Assembly: GCA_938091905.1 (NCBI GenBank)
Contig: CALKOM010000124.1
Coordinates: 15,637 to 79,636, forward strand
Direction: 5' to 3'
Source: an uncultured Verrucomicrobiales bacterium
GTDB taxonomy: Bacteria > Verrucomicrobiota > Verrucomicrobiia > Verrucomicrobiales > DEV007
Length of the DNA stretch: 64,000 bases
Below the pieces are notes generated by a model. It was not told where the DNA came from. It worked only from the letters and a program-made list of their open reading frames with translations, and ran no database searches. The position numbers and the translations under genes were made by a program. Positions 9,323 to 19,097 of this stretch are shown piece by piece. Numbering within the stretch: the first letter of the stretch is position 1; every line of letters begins with the position of its first letter.

Positions 9323-10401
9323 GCTAAATCTGGAAAGAGCAGAGCAATGGCTTCTTCGTTGGCTTCGCAGATGCCGCGTTCGGTGATCAAGCCGGTTACG
9401 AGATGCCTCGGTGTCACGTCAAACGCTGGGTTCGCAGCAGAGCAGCCTTGCGGTGTGAGGGCGATACTTGTTTCCGAGGTCTCATTGCATCGAAGGCCGC
9501 TCATGGACGTGACTTCGGATGGTGAGCGTTCTTCGATTGGAATCGCAAAGCCGTCAGAGAGTTCCCAGTCGAAGGTGCTCGAGGGCAGGGCGACGTAGAA
9601 GGGCACGTCATTGTCGCTAGCGGACAGTGCTTTTAGATAGGTACCAATCTTGTTGGCGACATCGCCAGAGCGAGTGGTGCGATCCGTGCCTGTGATCACC
9701 ATGTCTACCTTGCCACGCTGCATGAGATGACCACCTGCATTGTCGACGATGAGAGTGTGAGGCACCCCGTGTTGTGCCAGTTCCCAGGCCGTCAACCGGG
9801 TACCCTGATTGCGTGGTCTCGTTTCATCGACCCAGACATGCACGGGTATCCCAGCGTCGTGGGCTGCATAGATAGGTGCCGTGGCAGAGCCATGATCGAC
9901 AAAAGCCAGCCAGCCAGCGTTGCAGTGGGTTAGGATATTCACTGGGCCATCTTTCTGCTCAGCGTGCTTTTGGATGAGTGGTAGGCCATGTTTTCCGATT
10001 TGCGTGCAGGCGGCAGCGTCTTCATCGGCGATGGTGTTGGCAAGCTGAAGGGCGTGGTCGGCCCAAGCATCTGGAGTGCGTGGGCGGAGGGCGGCGAGCT
10101 GGCGTTCGATCGCCCAGTGGAGATTGACGGCGGTGGGGCGGGTTTCAAGCAATTGGGTTGCCAAGGTTTCTAGCTGATCTGCTGTGTTGGCCTCTCGGGC
10201 TGCAAGCCACATGCCGTAGCCAGCCGTCGCGCCAATGCAGCCGGCGCCGCGCACGTGCATGTCAGTGATGGCGGTGGCCACTTGCTGGACGGTTTCCAAA
10301 CGTTCGATGGTGCAGTGGAAGGGGAGACATCTCTGATCGATGATCTCTACGTGATCGGTCGACGCCCAGATGGTTCGGAACGGTTTGCCATCGATGTTCA
10401 T
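9319..10401 (-). CDS. mtnA: S-methyl-5-thioribose-1-phosphate isomerase
   Basis: IDQRCLP, VRGAGCIG, TRPTAVNL, LTHCNAGWLA, DETRPRNQG, ANKIGTY, NPAFDVTP. Confidence 0.95.
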   Translation of the reverse strand: MNIDGKPFRTIWASTDHVEIIDQRCLPFHCTIERLETVQQVATAITDMHVRGAGCIGATAGYGMWLAAREANTADQLETLATQLLETRPTAVNLHWAIERQLAALRPRTPDAWADHALQLANTIADEDAAACTQIGKHGLPLIQKHAEQKDGPVNILTHCNAGWLAFVDHGSATAPIYAAHDAGIPVHVWVDETRPRNQGTRLTAWELAQHGVPHTLIVDNAGGHLMQRGKVDMVITGTDRTTRSGDVANKIGTYLKALSASDNDVPFYVALPSSTFDWELSDGFAIPIEERSPSEVTSMSGLRCNETSETSIALTPQGCSAANPAFDVTPRHLVTGLITERGICEANEEAIALLFPDLA

Positions 10402-10516
10402 GCCTTGTTTTAAAGCGTGGTTCGGATTGTTGAAAGAAAGATTTGAACGTTGTGGTGGACTCCTTGTCAGAGCGTGGGGTATTCATTTAGTTAGACCAGT
10501 TTTCCATATTCGATTC

Positions 10517-12196
10517 ATGACTTTCTATCATCATGGAGCGTTCTGGCTGGCGTGCGTGTTTCTGTCCGGGGATCTTTGTGCTCAGGGCGCGCTGTCAGGC
10601 CAGGGCGTTTCACTACCCATTGCTGTTCAGGGTGAAGGTTCTGGGGGGCATGACTTGTTGTCCTCGACTAACCAAGGCAACAACGCGTCGCGGGCCGGTC
10701 TGCGGTTCCGCGACGCAACCTACATTGAGCGCGCGTCGCTGGTTTCGGTCCTCGATTTGGAGGAAGGTCACCAGCATCAGGCTGTGTTTAAGGTGAGTTC
10801 GCCTCAGGCCGCAACGCTTCGTTTCCAAATGCCGGAGGCGGCTCGTGAGGTGGGGCTTTCTGTCTATGGCGTGAAGGTGAACCCGGAAATGTCCGGTTCG
10901 GAATTGAGCGTCGACCTCGTAGAGCAGTCCTTGACGAAGATTCAGGTCAACTACCGGTCTGCGTCGATGGATGCACCGACCGCTCTCGATGACGTGCCTG
11001 TGGTAGCATCTACGCGTCAGGTTTTTGGCTCGGATGACTTGGGCGTAAGTGATCAATCGGCCGGCTTTCACTCAAGTCTAACCAGACCTTGGCGGTCGAC
11101 TGCGCACGTGATGCTGACTATGGATGAGTCCCTGAATTGGGAAATAGTAAGGCAAAGACAATCGAGCGCACAGGAGCTGAGAAACGTGGTGATGCCACGG
11201 CGGGCTGTCGCCGTGGTGGTCGATCAGCATGCGTTGTTCGAGCAGTGGGAGGTGAATCCGGCGGATGCAGTTCGCAAGTTGCGGGAGCGCCTGGCCGTGA
11301 GTGGAGAACCGGATGGCATGACGCTGTTCTTTCAACTTAAGAAAGGAAGGAACCTTGTCCATGATGTTGCCATGGCCTATCAGAACCATCGCATTGCCCT
11401 GGCAGAGGAATTACGAAACAAGGCGCTGGGCGTAGCGCAGCGTCAACTGGAAGAGCAAGAGGCGCTGACGGAAGCGTCGCGGCAACGTTTGGTGGAGATG
11501 GCGGAGCGTTATGATATCGATGAGAAGCCGGTGATAATGGGAGATTCGCTAGAAGTGATTGATGGTATCATTCACGATTCGTATGCTGAGACTCTAGGTG
11601 ATCTTGAGAAGTGGGAGCAGACCCTGGAAGTAATCGAGGCGATGGACCGGTTGGAGTCCGCGGGCAGGCCCCGTGCCGCGGTGTCTATCCACGAACTCTC
11701 TGGGTCTCGCGTGGCAGAACTTCTGCCTGCCTATCAGAAGCAGGCACTGGTGAAACAGGACCTTGTGGATCAGGGGTTGGGTCCTAACCATCCTACTGTC
11801 CGGGAAGCGGAACTGAAGTTGGTAAGAAGGATGGCTGCGTTACGGGAAGAACACCAGCGGCTGCAGATGGTTGTAAAGGGTGAGATCAACAAGCTGAGGC
11901 GGGAGTTAATACTGATGCGCGCTCGCACAGATAATGATCAAGCGAAGCTTCTCTCTGGAGATCTGCCGAAGTCCCTAACGGTGCCCTATGGATTCGTGCC
12001 GATGTACACGCAAGCACAGGCGGGGTCGTGGCCGGCCTTTGAGCATGTGATCGAGAACCTGGCTGCGAAGACGCGGGCGGCTTGGCTGAAGGTGGGCGGA
12101 GGGATCCTGGCGCTGGTCTTGATTGTGAGTTTGTGTAAGAGACACTTTGCTATTTGGCGTTACTCAGGCAGTAGAGCGCGTCCTCAGTGCGGATGA
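10517..12196 (+). CDS. Exported/membrane-anchored protein with a Wzz/GumC-like coiled-coil region
   Basis: Signal-like N-terminus from ATG 10517, long coiled coil with GLGPNHPTV motif typical of polysaccharide co-polymerases, C-terminal TM helix, no kinase domain. Confidence 0.55.
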   Translation: MTFYHHGAFWLACVFLSGDLCAQGALSGQGVSLPIAVQGEGSGGHDLLSSTNQGNNASRAGLRFRDATYIERASLVSVLDLEEGHQHQAVFKVSSPQAATLRFQMPEAAREVGLSVYGVKVNPEMSGSELSVDLVEQSLTKIQVNYRSASMDAPTALDDVPVVASTRQVFGSDDLGVSDQSAGFHSSLTRPWRSTAHVMLTMDESLNWEIVRQRQSSAQELRNVVMPRRAVAVVVDQHALFEQWEVNPADAVRKLRERLAVSGEPDGMTLFFQLKKGRNLVHDVAMAYQNHRIALAEELRNKALGVAQRQLEEQEALTEASRQRLVEMAERYDIDEKPVIMGDSLEVIDGIIHDSYAETLGDLEKWEQTLEVIEAMDRLESAGRPRAAVSIHELSGSRVAELLPAYQKQALVKQDLVDQGLGPNHPTVREAELKLVRRMAALREEHQRLQMVVKGEINKLRRELILMRARTDNDQAKLLSGDLPKSLTVPYGFVPMYTQAQAGSWPAFEHVIENLAAKTRAAWLKVGGGILALVLIVSLCKRHFAIWRYSGSRARPQCG

Positions 12197-13493
12197 ATAG
12201 CTTGCCTTGGGCCACCGCAGGTGAAGCCATGCAGAAGGCGTCGAGGTTGTTCTCGTTTAGGATGGTGAATTCGTTGGCGTTGGCATCGAGTACGTAGGTA
12301 ACGCCGGCTTCACTCAGGCAGAAGACCTTGCCGTTGTAAGCCCAGGGGGAAGACGTGAACGTGGCCCCCTTTGGGAAACGCACGCGACCGAAGATCTCGG
12401 CGCCGGTTTTCGCATGATGGCAGGTCATCATGCCTCGATCTAGAAGAGTGAAGTAGCGCTCATTGTAGACAATGGGAGAGGTGTTGTACGGCCCCGCTTT
12501 GCGCAGGTACCACTGGACGAACTCGTTTGAGGTCTCTTCGTTGTCTTCATCGAGAGAAATGTCGCCGCTGGCACCAGGCTTAATGGCGAAGACGGGCCGT
12601 ACTTTGTCAGCGAAGTAGCCAGAGGTGACATAGAGCAGATCGTGGGCGGCAAAGGGTGAAGGAATGATTAGATTAGACATCTTCCCACCACATTCCCAGA
12701 GAACCTTCCCTGACAGGTCATACGAGCGGATGCGATTCTTGCCGCTGACGACGATTTCAGTGCGTTGTGCATGTTTCCAAATGAAAGGTGTGGCCCAAGT
12801 GCTTTTCTCGTCGCGAGCGGTTCGCCAACGCTCCTTGCCTGTCTTCGTATCGAAGGCAGCAATGTAGGAGGCCTCGTGATTGTCATACACCACGATGACT
12901 TGATTTTCATGGACGACGGGGGACCCAGCGGCACCGTAATCATACATGGTCTTCTTCGCTTCAATGTGGTGTTCCCAGAGGACCTTGCCTTCCATGTCGT
13001 AACACCACAGGCCAAGATCTCCGAAGAGAACATAAAGTCGCTCTCCATCGGTGGCGGGTGTTTCCGAGGCGTAGGTACTCTTTGGGTGGCGGCCTACGGG
13101 AGGAGAGCCGGTGTGAGCTTCATGTTGCCAGAGTTGCTTGCCTGTCTCGATATCAAAGCACGTGGTGAGCCAATGATGAGTGCCTTTGGGAATCTCTTGT
13201 CTTCCTCGGCCGTTATACAAACCCGCTTTGGGGGCTTCGTTAGCATCAGCCTCGTCGCAAACGACCGAAGTTAGAAAGACTCGCTTGCCCCATATGATGG
13301 GCGAGGACCAGCCAAGACCGGGGGCGTGCACTCTCCAGTGGACGTTCTCCGTCTTGCTCCAGCGATCGGGAAGCCGTGGATCCTCTTGAGCGACACTCAT
13401 GGCATTGGCTCCACGGAATCGGGGCCAATGCTCCTGAGCCTGCGCCAGGGTGGTGGCGAGGAAAAGTCCTAAAGCAATGTAGGTGGGTTTCAT
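12150..13493 (-). CDS. PQQ-like beta-propeller repeat protein (BamB-like, PVC-type)
   Basis: Signal peptide; WPRFRG, GWSSPIIWG, ASETPATDG, W.TP, ASPAVAQG repeats. Confidence 0.85.
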   Translation of the reverse strand: MKPTYIALGLFLATTLAQAQEHWPRFRGANAMSVAQEDPRLPDRWSKTENVHWRVHAPGLGWSSPIIWGKRVFLTSVVCDEADANEAPKAGLYNGRGRQEIPKGTHHWLTTCFDIETGKQLWQHEAHTGSPPVGRHPKSTYASETPATDGERLYVLFGDLGLWCYDMEGKVLWEHHIEAKKTMYDYGAAGSPVVHENQVIVVYDNHEASYIAAFDTKTGKERWRTARDEKSTWATPFIWKHAQRTEIVVSGKNRIRSYDLSGKVLWECGGKMSNLIIPSPFAAHDLLYVTSGYFADKVRPVFAIKPGASGDISLDEDNEETSNEFVQWYLRKAGPYNTSPIVYNERYFTLLDRGMMTCHHAKTGAEIFGRVRFPKGATFTSSPWAYNGKVFCLSEAGVTYVLDANANEFTILNENNLDAFCMASPAVAQGKLFIRTEDALYCLSNAK

Positions 13494-13529
13494 GATATCG
13501 TTCTACCAAGGGTTGTCTCGAAGACAATC

Positions 13530-14945
13530 CTATTTCTGTGCTGTGCGAAAGTCGTAACAGAGTAAGCGAGGACCAGTTTTGGTCCCCGTGAGATCCTTGT
13601 AGTGTTGCGAAATGTAGACGAGCCCTCGGTGGATGGCAGGTGTAGACCAGGTCTGAGTCGCTCTGAATAGCTGCGTTCGTTGAAGAATCTCTGGGCCTTT
13701 TGGCGTCAACTTGAGCCAAAGGAGGGTGCCACCTTCGCCAAGGCAGAGGAACTGGTCGGCAACATGGAGGAGGCTGCCGCGGAAGGGGCTATTGATCATC
13801 TGGCGTTCCCCCACTTTCTCGGTCCAGCGCATGTTATCGCGCCAGAGGTTCTTGCCAGTCTTCCAGTCGTAGCACACAAGCTCCGCGAAGGGTTCTCGTT
13901 CTCCGTGGAATCCATACAAGTACCCGTCATGCACGATGGGCATGGTCCAGTGGATACCGAAGTCCGGAGCCTTCCAGGCTTCTTCAAAGTTGTCCTCCTC
14001 GGTCACATCGAGCGCGATTCCACCCAGGCGGTAGGTTTCTGTGATGAAAACGCGATTGCCAAGGACGACTGGCGTCGTTGCATTGACCGATTCATACTTT
14101 GACGCTCGCCACTCGAACTGTGATAGGATCTTGCCGTCCTCAGGGTCGATAAGAAGGAGCCCCCCCTCCGGCGGTTTACTCATGCCGCCAGCGAAGACGA
14201 GCAGGCGTTCCCTTCCATGAAAATTTGCGGCAATGGGCGATGCGTAGCTCGCGCCCCATCGGCTCTTGCTGATCCATTTGGTTTCGCCGGTTAGTTTGTT
14301 GAAGGCGACGACGACGGGGCGATCATCAGTGTTGGGCTCACCACCGCCTACATTCGCAATCACCATATTTCCGTGGATCAATGGGCTGGATCCACTGCCA
14401 AAGAAATACTGAGGTACTTGATAGTCTTTCTTGAGGTCGCGTTGCCAAATGAGCTTGCCGCTATCGAGTGCCACGCAACTGAGGATGGACGTGACGCCTA
14501 GAGTGTAGACGAGGTTTCCATCAATCACTGGGCTCCCTCGAGGGCCATTGCTATACCCAAATCGATCTCGATAAACGATAGGGTAAGTGTAAGTCCAGTG
14601 TTCCTTTCCCGTCTCGGCGTCGCGGCATTCCAACCGCTCGTCGTTCTTCCAGCGATGAAAGAGGACAAGCTTGCCTTCAAATAGGGCTGGAGTGGTATAG
14701 CCATCTCCTTTCTTGAGTTCCCAGACAAGCTTTGGGCCTTCTGCTGGCCAGGAAGTCGCGATATGAGTCTCGTTGGACTTTGTATCGTCTCGTGGGCCAA
14801 GGAATCGTGGCCAGGACTCGGTTGTTGCCCTATCGGCTAATGGAGAGGCTGGTTGATATTTTGTGAGACGGGGTGCTTGATCCTGTGCAAACAAATTGAT
14901 CGTGACGAGGAGAGAAAGGAGAAGCAGACATTTCACGATGGACAT
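13530..14945 (-). CDS. PQQ-like beta-propeller repeat protein
   Basis: Signal peptide from MSIVKC (ATG 14945); WPRFLGP, GPRGSPVID, ASYASP, TWSTPAI. Confidence 0.85.
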   Translation of the reverse strand: MSIVKCLLLLSLLVTINLFAQDQAPRLTKYQPASPLADRATTESWPRFLGPRDDTKSNETHIATSWPAEGPKLVWELKKGDGYTTPALFEGKLVLFHRWKNDERLECRDAETGKEHWTYTYPIVYRDRFGYSNGPRGSPVIDGNLVYTLGVTSILSCVALDSGKLIWQRDLKKDYQVPQYFFGSGSSPLIHGNMVIANVGGGEPNTDDRPVVVAFNKLTGETKWISKSRWGASYASPIAANFHGRERLLVFAGGMSKPPEGGLLLIDPEDGKILSQFEWRASKYESVNATTPVVLGNRVFITETYRLGGIALDVTEEDNFEEAWKAPDFGIHWTMPIVHDGYLYGFHGEREPFAELVCYDWKTGKNLWRDNMRWTEKVGERQMINSPFRGSLLHVADQFLCLGEGGTLLWLKLTPKGPEILQRTQLFRATQTWSTPAIHRGLVYISQHYKDLTGTKTGPRLLCYDFRTAQK

Positions 14946-15037
14946 TAGACGGTGCGATGGGCAGAGACTCAAGTAGTGAACAACATTCGGCAGAGGAATG
15001 GGTTGGCCGGTCTAGGATTATCGTCTAGGTCAGAAAG

Positions 15038-15658
15038 ATGATCGATGATGCTCGCTTCAATACGTTTCTGATATTTGGTGCTCCCGGAAGTGGCAAGGGC
15101 ACTCAAGGCGCCGTTCTAGGGAAACTTCCCCGCTTCTTTCACTGTGCCTGTGGGGATGTGTTTCGCTCGCTCGACACACGTTCAGAGATTGGTCAGGAGT
15201 TTCTCAAGTATTCCGGCGAGGGATTGCTCGTTCCCGATGATCTGACTGTTCGTCTGTGGAAATCGAAGATCGATGCTCAAGTGGAGAGCAATCTCTTCAA
15301 ACCTGATATCGACTTCCTCGTGCTCGATGGAATTCCTCGGAATGTGGAACAGGCCAAGATCATGAAGGACCACGTGCAGGTTCATCAGGTCTTTCACCTC
15401 TCCCTCAAGAATCGAGATGAACTCGCGCGGCGGTTGCGAAAGCGTGCGCTGAAAGACAATCGGCTTGATGATACCAATGAGGCCGTCATTGCACAGCGAT
15501 TGGCTCTCTACGACGAGGATACCAAGCCGATGTTAGAGTATTATGATAATGGGCTTATTTCCCAACTTGATGCCTCTCTCACTCCTGCTGAGGTCATGTT
15601 GGAAATTCTCAAGGTCGTTACGGAACTGAAAGTTTTCAAAGAAGCTCCAAAGGTTTAG
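15038..15658 (+). CDS. adk: Adenylate kinase / nucleoside monophosphate kinase (short LID)
   Basis: P-loop GAPGSGKGTQ, GDVFR, LVPDD, LDGIPR, R.DD. Confidence 0.8.
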   Translation: MIDDARFNTFLIFGAPGSGKGTQGAVLGKLPRFFHCACGDVFRSLDTRSEIGQEFLKYSGEGLLVPDDLTVRLWKSKIDAQVESNLFKPDIDFLVLDGIPRNVEQAKIMKDHVQVHQVFHLSLKNRDELARRLRKRALKDNRLDDTNEAVIAQRLALYDEDTKPMLEYYDNGLISQLDASLTPAEVMLEILKVVTELKVFKEAPKV

Positions 15659-15673
15659 CAAGGGGCACCAACT

Positions 15674-16624
15674 ATGCGAATTGTCTTTCTCGGAACGGGC
15701 GACATCAGTCTGCCCACGCTGCGTTTCTTGATCATGGACTCGCGGCATGACGTTGTCGGTGTCGTTACGCAACCGGACAAGCCTGTGGGGAGAAAGCAGG
15801 TCATCACACCGCCGGAGGTGAAGGTGCTCGCCCTTGAAAATGGAATTCCCGTGGAGCAACCGACCCGGGTTCGCAAACCTGAGGCCCTCGATAAGATTCG
15901 CGGGTGGGAGCCAGAGGTTATTGTGGTCATGGCTTACGGTCAGATCTTACCTAAGGCTTTATTAGACATGCCCAGTGTCGCCTGCCTAAATTTGCACGCC
16001 TCCCTATTGCCGCGTCATCGAGGTGCGGCGCCGATTCAAGCGGCGATTCGCGATGGCGATGATCAATCGGGGATGACGGTGATGTATGTGGCTGAGGGGC
16101 TCGATACTGGCGATGTTCTGTTGCAGCATCCTTTCGATCTTGCGCCGGATGAGACGGGGCAGAGCTTGCACGACCGCTTGGCTGATGCGGGGCCATCTGC
16201 TCTAGCAGAAGCGCTGGATCTTCTCGGTAAAGGATGGGCGCCGCGTATTCCCCAGTCGGAGGCTGCGATGACTCATACGGGAAAACTGGCTCGCGAAGAT
16301 GGAATCATGGACTGGTCGCAAGACGCCGCGGTTCTAGACCGACTCGTTCGTGCCTTCGATCCCTGGCCTGGTACACTGACTCATCTAGGTGAAGGGAAAC
16401 AGCGCAAGCGAGTGAAGATCTTCCCGCCAGTGATGGTGGCTCAGTCGGATGAGACTGAAGCTTATTCTCCGGGTAGCCTGGAATGCACAGATTCTCGTTG
16501 GCAGGTGCGTTGTGGGACCGGGGCTCTGCTACTGTCGGACATTCAAGTCGAGGGCAAACGTCGAATGTCGGTCTCGCAGTTCTGCCAGGGCCTCCAGGAC
16601 CAAGAGAGCCTTAAGTTTTCTTAG
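15674..16624 (+). CDS. fmt: Methionyl-tRNA formyltransferase
   Basis: VVTQPDKPVGR, NLHASLLPRHRGAAPIQ, LDTGD, PWPG. Confidence 0.96.
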   Translation: MRIVFLGTGDISLPTLRFLIMDSRHDVVGVVTQPDKPVGRKQVITPPEVKVLALENGIPVEQPTRVRKPEALDKIRGWEPEVIVVMAYGQILPKALLDMPSVACLNLHASLLPRHRGAAPIQAAIRDGDDQSGMTVMYVAEGLDTGDVLLQHPFDLAPDETGQSLHDRLADAGPSALAEALDLLGKGWAPRIPQSEAAMTHTGKLAREDGIMDWSQDAAVLDRLVRAFDPWPGTLTHLGEGKQRKRVKIFPPVMVAQSDETEAYSPGSLECTDSRWQVRCGTGALLLSDIQVEGKRRMSVSQFCQGLQDQESLKFS

Positions 16625-17712
16625 AGGGTACTCCGAGTTCGGATCTTCAGTGTCTTCGAGACAACGAGGTCGCGATTTCCCTTGATGCCTGGGTTGTCCA
16701 GAAGGATTTGGTCGGTCGTTGTTCCAAACCGCTTTGCTAGAGCCTCAAGTGAGTCGTTAGCCCGTATCTCGTGAATAACTAACATGTTCTTTCGAGGTTG
16801 GGCGGGAGCAGTGCGGCGAGTGCCGCGTAGCGGGTTGGAAGGCGGCGCTACTAACGGATTAACGGTGCTGACGGCTTGAGGTTTGCGCTGCGTTGGCGTG
16901 GGGACATACCACGAGCCATCCGTTGGCACCATGACAAATTCACCTGGGCGAGGTGCATAGTTTGGGTAAGAACTCTTTTTATTGATCCGCAGAAATTCTT
17001 CGTGTGAAATACCATACTGTTTGGCAATCGAGGCTGCGGTGTCGCCGGACTGTGCGGTGTAGATACCGAAGCCTTTGGGAGCGAGGTTAGCACGATCTCT
17101 TGGTGCAAGACTGCGTTTGATCGGGCTAGGCGGTTTTGCCTTTGGAGCCTCCTTTTTGGCAGGTGGCTTAGCCTTCGGTGGCTTGGGTGCTGGTGGCTCG
17201 GTTACCGCTTTCCCGTAGTTTGGGATCCGCAAGCTTTCTCCAATCTTCAGTGCTGATGGATTAATGGATGGATTTGCCTTTTTCAACGAGGATACGCTGA
17301 CGCCGTGGTGTCTAGCAATGCGGTAAAAAGTTTCGCCGTTTCCCACCTGGTGAGACTTGTGGCTTGTAGGCTTCTTGGTGCTCGCTGGCTTCTTGGTAAC
17401 AGCCGTCTTCTTGGCGGTTGGAAGTCGAAGTTCCTGGCCGATCTTAATAACGGGGTTCTTTGCTGGGAGATTGTTCAGGCGAGCGAGTTCGGAGAAGCTG
17501 ACCCGATACTTTCTGGAAATACCCCAGAGAGTTTCGCCATTCGTCACGGTGTGAGAACTTGAGGTAATCTGTGAAACGAGGGTCACTTTGGGGCTGGGAC
17601 CGATCATCCGGAGCCGGTCAAGCGGCTTGGAACTCTGTTGACTCGCGCCTTCGCTAGGAGCGAGAAGAATTGCGAGAAAGCAGGTTCCGAGACTGACAGA
17701 TCGTTTAAGCAT
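16621..17712 (-). CDS. LysM peptidoglycan-binding protein (four LysM repeats, Pro/Lys linkers)
   Basis: Signal peptide; HTVTNGETLWGIS, HQVGNGETFYRIA, YTAQSGDTAASIA, HEIRANDSLEALA. Confidence 0.9.
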   Translation of the reverse strand: MLKRSVSLGTCFLAILLAPSEGASQQSSKPLDRLRMIGPSPKVTLVSQITSSSHTVTNGETLWGISRKYRVSFSELARLNNLPAKNPVIKIGQELRLPTAKKTAVTKKPASTKKPTSHKSHQVGNGETFYRIARHHGVSVSSLKKANPSINPSALKIGESLRIPNYGKAVTEPPAPKPPKAKPPAKKEAPKAKPPSPIKRSLAPRDRANLAPKGFGIYTAQSGDTAASIAKQYGISHEEFLRINKKSSYPNYAPRPGEFVMVPTDGSWYVPTPTQRKPQAVSTVNPLVAPPSNPLRGTRRTAPAQPRKNMLVIHEIRANDSLEALAKRFGTTTDQILLDNPGIKGNRDLVVSKTLKIRTRSTL

Positions 17713-17805
17713 GGTTAACTATCTGTATACTTTAGATTTTAGCATAACTTTCAATTATTTTTTTAAAAAATTGTATATCCTCGGTAGATTGGACTCTAGA
17801 TTTTT

Positions 17806-18630
17806 ATGAAGCTGTTGATGCAGAATGGGTTATCCATCTTCGGTGCGGGCCTGTTTCTTATCTGCATGGGGATGATGCTGACTCGGCCGAGCAACTTTGC
17901 CTCCTATGTGCCCGAGATTGCGGTGGAATTGGAGGCCAGAGTAGAGGATCCGACCGTGCGCATCGTCCTGGATGCTGGGCATGGGGGGCATGATGGCGGG
18001 AGTTCCTATGTGGCGCTGAGGGAGAAGGATCTCGCCTTAAAAGTTGTAAAGCTCGTCCGAGGCCGCTTGGAGGCCGCTCGATTAGAGAATGTGGAAGTCG
18101 TCCTGACCCGCGAAGACGACCGCTACTTGACGCTGCATCAGCGGGTGGCTGTGGCGAATCGCTATCCGAAGGCCTTCTTCGTCAGTGTTCATTTCAATGC
18201 GAGCAAGCATCGCTCTGCATCTGGAACGGAAACGTATCATGCGAATCCGAAGCCGAACATCATCGAGAATCAGCTTCGACGTCAGCTCCAGCTAGATCCC
18301 GATGTGCCGATCCTCGACACTCGTGGCGAGCGCTTTGCGAGATCGGTCCAAGACGTGCTTGTTCGCAGGTTAGGCACCCGTGATCGTGGCGTCCGTAACA
18401 ACCGGAAATTTGTCCTCCCTCGCGAGGTGATTGGGCCGTCTATCCTGGTGGAATGTGTGTTCCTCTCGAACCAATCTGAAGGACTCAAGCTCCATAGTGC
18501 TCGTTATATTGAGGATATTGCTAGTAGTCTTTCAGAAGGAATTCTAAATTATGTCAAGGAATCCGGTAATGATCCCTATGATGGAATCACGCCACTATCG
18601 GGTGGTGATGAGTTGTTGCCTGCGGGTTAG
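17806..18630 (+). CDS. N-acetylmuramoyl-L-alanine amidase (Amidase_3)
   Basis: LDAGHGGHDGG, EKD, LTREDD, SVHFNA, LVEC zinc motifs; N-terminal TM anchor. Confidence 0.92.
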   Translation: MKLLMQNGLSIFGAGLFLICMGMMLTRPSNFASYVPEIAVELEARVEDPTVRIVLDAGHGGHDGGSSYVALREKDLALKVVKLVRGRLEAARLENVEVVLTREDDRYLTLHQRVAVANRYPKAFFVSVHFNASKHRSASGTETYHANPKPNIIENQLRRQLQLDPDVPILDTRGERFARSVQDVLVRRLGTRDRGVRNNRKFVLPREVIGPSILVECVFLSNQSEGLKLHSARYIEDIASSLSEGILNYVKESGNDPYDGITPLSGGDELLPAG

Positions 18631-19088
18631 CGAACCTCAGTATTTGCTAACTGATCGCCAAAGCGTTGGCCGTTGAATCGCGTGACCACTAGAAAGAGTT
18701 CGCCGGCGACCGCAGCGAAGCAGATGATCGATAGGATGAAGTAGATAAATCCGCCCGAGATGACAAAGGCAATACTTGGCAGTGCTAGGGTGATATTTCG
18801 TGAGGCTGAAGTCGATAGGTCCATGCTTCCTCCGGAAAGTGACACGGGTTGGATCTTAAGCACGTGCTTGCCGAACGATCTGCCTTTCATGAAAGGCAGA
18901 TCGAGACCGTCCTTGGCCAAAATGTAGAGTGCTCCTGCCAGAGCGCCGATTCGTTGATGAATGATGCCGAATGCGGCCACGATGACCAGGCAGATGACGC
19001 CATCGATGAGTGCTGCCGTGAAGCGTTTGCCCAGCAGCGTCTTGCGGGCGTCTTCGTTGATAGGAGGTGGTGGTGACGAGTCAGACAT
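18627..19088 (-). CDS. RDD family membrane protein
   Basis: KRFTAALIDG, SFGK, SRN, QRFGDQLANT. Confidence 0.85.
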   Translation of the reverse strand: MSDSSPPPPINEDARKTLLGKRFTAALIDGVICLVIVAAFGIIHQRIGALAGALYILAKDGLDLPFMKGRSFGKHVLKIQPVSLSGGSMDLSTSASRNITLALPSIAFVISGGFIYFILSIICFAAVAGELFLVVTRFNGQRFGDQLANTEVR

Positions 19089-19097
19089 TTTTGAAAA

